DNA from: an uncultured Nitrososphaerota archaeon
GTDB lineage: Archaea; Korarchaeota; Korarchaeia; Korarchaeales; Korarchaeaceae
DNA length: 18,304 nt
NCBI GenBank assembly: GCA_964618805.1
Contig: CAZUBM010000031.1
Span: forward strand, 1-18,304
Direction of reading: 5' to 3'
A program made the translations under genes and the position numbers. Numbering within the stretch: position 1 is the first letter of the stretch; each line of letters opens with the position of its first letter. The notes under the pieces are model-generated. The model searched no databases. It was not told the origin of the DNA and worked only from the letters and a program-made list of their open reading frames with translations. Positions 1 to 6,262 of this stretch are shown piece after piece.

Positions 1-123
1 CGCGCCGTTAGGCCCCAGTAGAGCCGTTGCTGATCCCTTAGTCACTGAAAAGGAGATCCCTCTTAGGGCCTGAACTCTGCCAAATCTCTTTTTGAGGTCC
101 CTCGAGACTATGACTTGAGCCAC
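1..123 (-). CDS. ABC transporter ATP-binding protein, N-terminal part (runs off the window edge)
   Basis: Not in the ORF track. Manual translation from GTG at 123 gives MAQVIVSRDLKKRFGRVQALRGISFSVTKGSATALLGPNGA, a typical ABC ATPase N-terminus ending inside Walker A (GPNGA[GKS/T]). Confidence 0.88.
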   Translation of the reverse strand, partial: MAQVIVSRDLKKRFGRVQALRGISFSVTKGSATALLGPNGA

Positions 124-144
124 TTCCCTATGGTAAATGCTTAT

Positions 145-162
145 TCGTATAAAAAGAATCTT
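145..162 (-). promoter_or_regulatory. Putative TATA box for the ABC ATPase gene; the T-tract could also terminate the upstream regulator transcript
   Basis: The minus strand reads AAGATTCTTTTTATACG, with TTTTTATA about 24-31 nt upstream of the GTG at 123. Confidence 0.4.
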
Positions 163-164
163 AG

Positions 165-584
165 TTAACCTTCTTTCTCATCAGATGTGTGTTTGGAAAA
201 CTCGGAAAATATGGACCTTTCGGATATGAACTTGATGAACTTCCTAAGCTTTTCAAGCGTGTCTGGATGAAGGTCATGTTCAACTTTGCATGCATCTTCC
301 AGCGCAATCTTCTCCTCCACACCTAAAGCCCTAAAGAAATCTGCAAGCAATTCATGACGCGCTGCTATCCTTGCTGCTATCTCCATACCTTTTTCCGTTA
401 GGGTAACCTCGCCATAAGGTTCATATTCAACAAGTCCCTCGGCTTTCAGCCTCTTCATCATCTCACTAGCGCTTGGAAGCCTTACACCCATCGTTTGTGA
501 TATATCAGAGATCTTTGCTGATCCTCTTTCCTTAGAGAGCCAATAGATCGCTTCTAGGTAATCTTCCATTGCTCTTGTTATCAT
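165..584 (-). CDS. DtxR/MntR family metal-dependent transcriptional regulator
   Basis: N-terminal MEDYLEAIY, winged HTH (ISDISQTMGVRLPSASEMMKRL...GLVEY...VTLTEKG) and the metal-binding/dimerisation motifs RHELLADFF and EDACKVEH. At 139 aa it has no FeoA/SH3 tail, so it is MntR-like. Confidence 0.95.
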   Translation of the reverse strand: MITRAMEDYLEAIYWLSKERGSAKISDISQTMGVRLPSASEMMKRLKAEGLVEYEPYGEVTLTEKGMEIAARIAARHELLADFFRALGVEEKIALEDACKVEHDLHPDTLEKLRKFIKFISERSIFSEFSKHTSDEKEG

Positions 585-610
585 GGTTATTGAATCTTAC
601 TTGGAATTAT

Positions 611-626
611 GATTAAAATCTTTCAC
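611..626 (-). promoter_or_regulatory. Putative BRE + TATA box for the DtxR/MntR gene
   Basis: The minus strand reads GTGAAAGATTTTAATC: a purine-rich BRE followed by TTTTAA, about 30 nt upstream of the ATG at 584. Confidence 0.55.
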
Positions 627-661
627 ATATTCACAGCGTGAACCCTATTGTCTCAAGCCGC

Positions 662-681
662 AAAAACCAAAAAATAGAAAG
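662..681 (-). terminator. Putative oligo-T terminator downstream of the YkgJ-family gene
   Basis: The minus strand reads CTTTCTATTTTTTGGTTTTT, about 110 nt past the stop at 791. It matches the T-tract after the solute-binding gene (9024-9038) at 14/15 positions. Confidence 0.4.
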
Positions 682-790
682 CTGGGCATGCCGGCAAATG
701 CCCTACAAAAGATTTCGCTTTAAGAATTGGTAGTTTTAGTTCAATAACCTTTAGATCATCCCATGACTTAGGAAAATCCATTTAATAGCT

Positions 791-1447
791 CTAGATTCTC
801 CTATCATATATGTAAGATGAGATCTCCCTTGACATTGAGGCTTTCCGATGAGCAGACAATTGATTTATCAGATAATCCTGAAACTCGATGCTCCTTGCGA
901 ATTCTGCTATCTGGTAGTCGGTTATGCTTAAAGTAAGCATTGGAAACAATTGTTCTCGAATCGGTCTTTTAAGGTGGGATGTTGTGAAGTCTTGATGTGT
1001 CCTAGTGCCAAGCCTTAGCTCTACCACTTCTGGCAATACTTTCTGGAAGAAATGAACTGATGGCTTTCCGTAAGTTATTCCTGGACATCTTGGATCCAAA
1101 TAAATGTAGAAGCGTTCTCCTGAATGCTCAAAGATGGCTTCCTCATCTCTGCCATATTTTGGCTTTGATAATGGGATGAAAGGCCAAAGTTTACATGCAA
1201 CAGGCTTCATATCCATCTCCTGTAGGAGACAAAGCCACTTATTCCGCATCTTATACTGAAATATGCACCTGGAAGAGGTCCTTCTAATGTAGGCTTTTCC
1301 CACCTTGAACTCAATGGCCCATTCTCCGAACGTATGAAGCATCCTTGCAAGTTCATCTGCTCTTAGAGGAACCAAAAACCATTTACAGCACTCTCCACAA
1401 GCAAAACACCTCCAATCTTGGACTCTAGTCCATGGAACTGGTTTCAA
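791..1447 (-). CDS. YkgJ family cysteine cluster protein (putative Zn/Fe-S chelating, UPF0153-like)
   Basis: CxxCGxCC (CFACGECC), central C-I-F and C-L-L cysteines, KPVACKLWPF and a late CPG motif. TTG start. Confidence 0.88.
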   Translation of the reverse strand: MKPVPWTRVQDWRCFACGECCKWFLVPLRADELARMLHTFGEWAIEFKVGKAYIRRTSSRCIFQYKMRNKWLCLLQEMDMKPVACKLWPFIPLSKPKYGRDEEAIFEHSGERFYIYLDPRCPGITYGKPSVHFFQKVLPEVVELRLGTRTHQDFTTSHLKRPIREQLFPMLTLSITDYQIAEFARSIEFQDYLINQLSAHRKASMSREISSYIYDRRI

Positions 1448-1644
1448 TTAAGGTCCAGTTTATGTTTTTAGACCATTTGAGATTTATGCCTTATCCATAT
1501 TTGGACATGCCTCTTGCGTTTCAGTGCGTTGCAATATCCTCTGAAACAAACGTTTATTTAGCTCTATTATGTGAAACCTTTTTGCCGTTATCTTGGCATT
1601 CAACAATTAAATTGTGAAATGTTAGAAAAATACGGGGAAATGGT

Positions 1645-3828
1645 TTGGGCGAAATAAAACGCTATCTAAGATTGTTTGGCTACCTAAAGCTATTAGATTG
1701 GGCTTCGATCGCAATTATTGTTGCTCACTTCATCCTGCTGTTTTCAAAAAGGAACATGCTTCCCTTTGGCTTTGACACACCTTACCACCTTCTGATGGGG
1801 AAGATGTACGCTGATTTCGATAGAGTAGTCCTCTGGGATTATTATGAGTTTGCTCCCGTAGGAAGACCTCAGCTATATCCCCCATTCGAGCACGTTCTCA
1901 TTTGGTGGATCCATGATGGCCTTGGGCTGAATTACGTTGTAATAGGAAGGCTGATAGCAGTAGTTCAATATCCTCTGACCCTCTTCCTCTCTTGGTTGAT
2001 AATCAGGCTTCTCTTCGATGATGTAACTGCGGCCTCCTTTCTAGGTCTTTTGTCTGCTGACGGAAGCTTTTGGAGCTGGCAACTTACTGTGGCCCCTACC
2101 GCTATGATATTGGCTTTGTACATGCCTTTCCTTTACTTCTTCCTGAAAAAGAGGAGATATATAGCAACAGCCCTCCTTACGATCTTCCTTTACTCCCACC
2201 TAGGCATGCCCTACACCATAATGCTTTCTCTAGCAATATCAGCAGTTCTCATGTATAAACTGGATCATAGCTACCTCAAGGAAGCTGCCTTTGTGACTTG
2301 CCTTTCCCTGATACTCTTCTTCCCTTGGGCTTTCCACATCCTCAACAACCTCGATGCTCTCAGAGCAAACTTGGCCAGAGGAAAATTCCAAATACTCGGG
2401 TTCCTATCCATGAGCATCCCGACCCTTCTCCTGCTCCCTCTTGGGATTTATGCCTGTTTTAAGGAGAAGCTCAAAGGGAGGCTGTTTATCGGGAGCTTCC
2501 TAGGTTTCTTTTCAATCCTCTTCACTTATGGTTCGAGGTACTTCCTCCATGCACCTCTGGTGAACTCAGTGATAGCTGCTCTTGGCTACAAGAGGATTAT
2601 TGGACGTACGAACAACAGGAAGCTTATCTTAACTGTTACTCTAGTGTTTCTGACAGTGAATTCCTTATTCAGCTTTTCTCTTATTCCAATAGGACCTAGA
2701 CGACAATTAAAAAGGCCTAAAATCATAGAACCAGCTCCATTGACAAGAGAACTTACTACAATGGTTTCAGAGGAGCCTAAGGCTTGGGGGGCATTCAGCC
2801 TGAACAATCCGGACCTAATATCATTAGCTGATTGGATAATTGAAAACACAAGAGAGGACGAGATAATACACGTAAGGGTAGGCCCCCTTGCAGATGCCAT
2901 TACCCTTCTAACGGGCAGGAGAACCGATCATGGCATGTATCCGGAGGTTAGAACTGAAGAGATGTTTAGGGCAATTGCTCAAGGTAGAAAAAGCGGTCTT
3001 TTTGTTTTGACGACAGAACAGCTAAGGATCATGAGATTATTCGCGATAAGATCTGAGATATTGGCCGTCTTCGGCAGTTTCGTAGTAGTCTATGCAACCG
3101 GTGAGGTTAAGCCTCCAAACCTTCTAGCGAAGCCTATTTCTATTTACATAAGACTCCCTGATCTAAGGCATGTCGATCAAAAGTTGCTTGATGCATGGCT
3201 CAACTTAATCCATGAATTGAATCCAGATAGGGTTTCCATTGGGGTGCACCAGAGAGATCTTGGAAATCCAAAGCTTTTCACGTTTATCTCAGAAGTTAAG
3301 GGAGTCGTGGACATCATAGAGATCTCGATCTTCGTAGTTGATCAAAGCAGCCTTAAGTCCAACATAAAGTCCCTAATTTCTGCCATAGGAAGCCAGATAG
3401 ATGCATTAAGGATCTGTGGAAAACCCGCTATATTTACTCCAGAACTCATTGAAGGTATCAGGAAAGAGGTAGGAGATAGGGACTTAGGAATTGGAGTTAT
3501 AGGTTTTCCAGCAGAGGAGTTAAGGGAATGGCATAATCCGGAGGAGATCTTTGAACTAATCGATTATTTTGTACGTCACGTGCCTCCCTCTGCAGATTTC
3601 ATTTTGCATGCGGTGCAGGCTGATGTAAATGCATTTGAACGATTTAAAAAACCTATTTTAGTCCAAATAGACCTATCAATAGCGAGAATAAAGGATGAAA
3701 CAGCTTTGCTGAATTTACTTGCAGCAACCCATCAAACGAATGCTTCTGGCATTCTAATTGAGTTCGATGATCCCTTTATACCGCCGAAAATCTTAGAACT
3801 CCTCAAAATGGCAGCAAGCCATCATTAA
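1645..3828 (+). CDS. Polytopic membrane protein with a GT-C/STT3-like glycosyltransferase architecture and an additional C-terminal soluble domain
   Basis: The first ~350 aa are a series of hydrophobic helices. The first external loop GFDTPYH...WD...APVGRPQLYPPFEH resembles the GT-C/STT3 EL1 pattern. LADWIIENTREDEII...AITLLTGRRT resembles the STT3-type soluble core. TTG start after GGGGAA. Confidence 0.7.
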   Translation: MGEIKRYLRLFGYLKLLDWASIAIIVAHFILLFSKRNMLPFGFDTPYHLLMGKMYADFDRVVLWDYYEFAPVGRPQLYPPFEHVLIWWIHDGLGLNYVVIGRLIAVVQYPLTLFLSWLIIRLLFDDVTAASFLGLLSADGSFWSWQLTVAPTAMILALYMPFLYFFLKKRRYIATALLTIFLYSHLGMPYTIMLSLAISAVLMYKLDHSYLKEAAFVTCLSLILFFPWAFHILNNLDALRANLARGKFQILGFLSMSIPTLLLLPLGIYACFKEKLKGRLFIGSFLGFFSILFTYGSRYFLHAPLVNSVIAALGYKRIIGRTNNRKLILTVTLVFLTVNSLFSFSLIPIGPRRQLKRPKIIEPAPLTRELTTMVSEEPKAWGAFSLNNPDLISLADWIIENTREDEIIHVRVGPLADAITLLTGRRTDHGMYPEVRTEEMFRAIAQGRKSGLFVLTTEQLRIMRLFAIRSEILAVFGSFVVVYATGEVKPPNLLAKPISIYIRLPDLRHVDQKLLDAWLNLIHELNPDRVSIGVHQRDLGNPKLFTFISEVKGVVDIIEISIFVVDQSSLKSNIKSLISAIGSQIDALRICGKPAIFTPELIEGIRKEVGDRDLGIGVIGFPAEELREWHNPEEIFELIDYFVRHVPPSADFILHAVQADVNAFERFKKPILVQIDLSIARIKDETALLNLLAATHQTNASGILIEFDDPFIPPKILELLKMAASHH

Positions 3829-3835
3829 TGCGAAT

Positions 3836-3847
3836 AAGATTTTTAGA
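3836..3847 (+). promoter_or_regulatory. Putative BRE/TATA-like element for the ORF at 3869
   Basis: AAGATTTTTAGA, with the T-run starting 29 nt before the ATG at 3869. The same 10-mer AAGATTTTTA precedes the malic enzyme gene. Confidence 0.4.
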
Positions 3848-3868
3848 TGATCATTTATCCTTTACTAG

Positions 3869-4315
3869 ATGGAAATGAGGAGCCAAAGCGATATCGACGA
3901 TCTCATGAAGGTGCTTGAGAATATAAGGAATTTGGCTCAGAACTCATCTTGTATAGAGACGATAAGCAGATGTAACGATCTAATCGTGAAATCGATTAAG
4001 TTAGCACTCAAGAAAGCTAGTAGTAAAATAGAGGGCCTCTACAGCCTTAATCAACTGAAAAGAGCTGGACTTCCTAGTTGGTACATGGATGCTGTTTGTA
4101 AGGCATGTTGCCATTGGAGTTGAGATTGGAAACGGGCGAGATTTTTCATAGAACATGATGAAAGAGACTACTTAGAAATGACGGACTACGGCTGGAACAT
4201 GGGAGAGCTTCCCACAATTACAGATGTATGGAACAGCTTAGTTCACTGTGCTGCATCCTGTTCATGTACCAGTTCCACTTTCAGTGGTATCTTGAGTCCT
4301 AATAGTCTCAATTAG
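3869..4315 (+). pseudogene. Hypothetical protein interrupted by an in-frame TGA at 4121-4123 (pseudogene or recoded gene); remnants may extend to 4625
   Basis: After the 84-aa ORF the same frame stays open for 63 more codons (DWKRARFFIEHDERDYLEMTDYGWNMGELPTITDVWNSLVHC...) to TAG at 4313-4315. No family is recognised. Confidence 0.45.
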
Positions 4316-4621
4316 AGGAGATGAACCTGTGATAAATGCTATCGCTGTCATCGAAAGCTTGGGAAATAAAAAAGAGTGTTAAACATATCTGCTGGTTTTA
4401 AGGGAGCTGGAGTACTGATCATACGGCTAAAAATAGCGAAAACTTCGCGTGTTACCAGAGAAGCCTGCACTATCTCCATCAGCTTGGAGTGGCCAGAGAT
4501 TATTAGACATAGGTAATTCGTTGTCAGACTTATGAGCGAGGGAAGGAAGGTTGACGAAGTCTTGGCTAATAGCTTCTTATATGTATCAGCTCTTAGAAAA
4601 ATATATGGAGGGAGGGAACGA

Positions 4622-5968
4622 TTAACCGTATATTTTCTTCCCTGGAGGAGTTCTTATGACGCCAGAATCCAACAGAGCTTTCATCTGCTTCCTTGCTTCT
4701 CTTATCTTCTCTTCACATTTGTTGTAGAGTTCATCCCTACTCAAGACCCTTCTTGCAACATCCTGTTCTATGGCTTTTAGACCTGTTGCTGTTGCGACTC
4801 TTGGATAAACCTCCCATTCCATCATCGTAGGTATGATGTACTCCTCATGGAGGCCTTTCTCCTCAGCGAACTTTGCAAGTTCGAATGCAGCCGCAGCGGC
4901 CATTTCATCAGTTACTGTTCTTGCTCTAACCTCTAGAGCTCCTCTAAAGACCGCTGGGAACACTAAGCTGTTGTTGACCTGATTCGGGAAGTCGCTCCTG
5001 CCTGTTGAAACAACCCTAGCTCCTGCTTCCTTAGCCTCCCAAGGCCATATTTCAGGTACTGGGTTTGCCAACGTAAATACTATTGGATCCTTTTCCATGC
5101 TAGCTACCCACTCCTTCTTTATCGTTCCAGGCCCAGGCTTAGATGCCGCTATGACTACATCCATTCCCTCCATTGCCTCCTTTATTCCCCCCTTTCTACC
5201 TTCCTCGTTGCTCTTCATAGTCCACTTATACTTCCAGGGATTCTTCTTCTTAAGATCCTCCATGTCTGGTCTTTCCTTATGTAAAATCCCCTTGCTATCT
5301 ACAAACACCCAGTTCTTCGGATTACCTCCAGCAACCTCTATAACTCTGGCATTTGCAACATTTGCTGCTCCACATCCTATGAAAGCAATGGTTGCATCCC
5401 TAAGTTTTCTTCCAGTTAGCTTTAGGGCATTTATTAGGCCAGCAAGAGTTGCTCCAGCAGTTCCCTGCTGATCATCGTGCCAGACGACGATATTCATCTC
5501 CTTTCTAAGCCTTTCTAATATGTAAAAACAATCAGGAGAGCGAATATCTTCGAGATTTATACCACCAAAAGCAGGTTCAAGCCTTTTAACTGTCTCTATA
5601 AAAACATCAGGGTCCTTCACATTTATTGGAAGAGATATTGCATCTACCCCTCCCAAATATTTGAAGAGCAGCGATTTTCCCTCCATGACTGGTATGGAGG
5701 CTTCTGGACCTATATCTCCTAAACCAAGAACTCTTGTTCCATTTGTTATAACAGCAATGAAGTTCCATCTATTCGTGTAATACCAAACCTTATCAGGATC
5801 CTTTTGTATTGCCCTACACACCTCAGCAACTCCAGGTGTATACCAAACTGCGAAATCCTTGAGGTCATAAACTGGAACATAGGGTGCTATGCATATTTTG
5901 CCCCCGTAAAATTTGGCAAACTTGATTGCAAGCTTATAGGGCTTGTCTACTTCCTTCGTATTACTCAT
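4622..5968 (-). CDS. mae: NAD(P)-dependent malic enzyme (malate oxidoreductase, decarboxylating), 448 aa
   Basis: YTPGVAEVC, TNGTRVLGLGDIGPEASIPVMEGK, GGINLEDI, HDDQQGTA, GxGAA and TGRSDFPNQVNN motifs. The start is moved from 6118 to the ATG at 5968 (MSNTKEV), where family similarity begins and a promoter-like element lies upstream. Confidence 0.96.
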   Translation of the reverse strand: MSNTKEVDKPYKLAIKFAKFYGGKICIAPYVPVYDLKDFAVWYTPGVAEVCRAIQKDPDKVWYYTNRWNFIAVITNGTRVLGLGDIGPEASIPVMEGKSLLFKYLGGVDAISLPINVKDPDVFIETVKRLEPAFGGINLEDIRSPDCFYILERLRKEMNIVVWHDDQQGTAGATLAGLINALKLTGRKLRDATIAFIGCGAANVANARVIEVAGGNPKNWVFVDSKGILHKERPDMEDLKKKNPWKYKWTMKSNEEGRKGGIKEAMEGMDVVIAASKPGPGTIKKEWVASMEKDPIVFTLANPVPEIWPWEAKEAGARVVSTGRSDFPNQVNNSLVFPAVFRGALEVRARTVTDEMAAAAAFELAKFAEEKGLHEEYIIPTMMEWEVYPRVATATGLKAIEQDVARRVLSRDELYNKCEEKIREARKQMKALLDSGVIRTPPGKKIYG

Positions 5969-5998
5969 GTGATATCCCGAGCGAATCTTGGATTGAAC

Positions 5999-6013
5999 TG
6001 TAAAAATCTTTTT
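5999..6013 (-). promoter_or_regulatory. Putative BRE + TATA-like box of the malic enzyme gene
   Basis: The minus strand reads AAAAAGATTTTTACA, with the T-run starting 38 nt upstream of the ATG at 5968. Confidence 0.5.
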
Positions 6014-6199
6014 GTTGTTAGTCAGAATGCCTGCTAAATCAGGCTTAGTCCTTTTGCTAAACCAGCTCATGAAGTTGTCGTTCAAACAATCTTTGTTTTT
6101 AGGACATATGAATGTCATTTAGACAGCTATCAGATCCTCGCCTGAGAATTTTTTAGATTCTAATGTAAGAAGGTGGCTAAGTGAACCTCTACATAACAT

Positions 6200-6212
6200 T
6201 ATTTTTATTAAG
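6200..6212 (+). promoter_or_regulatory. Putative TATA box of the ABC peptide transporter operon
   Basis: TATTTTTATTAAG about 50-60 nt upstream of the ATGs at 6263/6269, with a G-rich SD-like GGGGGA in between. Confidence 0.45.
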
Positions 6213-6262
6213 GAACTGATTGCCCTTAGTCCTAGGGCACAAAGTAGCCCGATAAATGGGGG

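Noticed and set aside
1-6. Window begins with CGCGCC, echoing the GC repeat at the other end
   Set aside because: It is explained by the Gly-Ala codons of Walker A and is too short to support a terminal repeat or mobile element.
585-790. Search for a DtxR-type operator or ncRNA upstream of the regulator
   Set aside because: No convincing palindrome, tRNA cloverleaf or C/D box pair could be seen by eye.
1432-1617. 61-aa plus-strand ORF in the divergent spacer
   Set aside because: It overlaps the YkgJ start and the promoter region, and has no SD or recognisable motif.
4532-4780. 82-aa plus-strand ORF
   Set aside because: Most of it overlaps the 3' end of the malic enzyme on the opposite strand.
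5969-6118. 50-aa N-terminal extension of the malic enzyme in the ORF track
   Set aside because: It has no family-like sequence and contains the likely promoter. The ATG at 5968 fits better.
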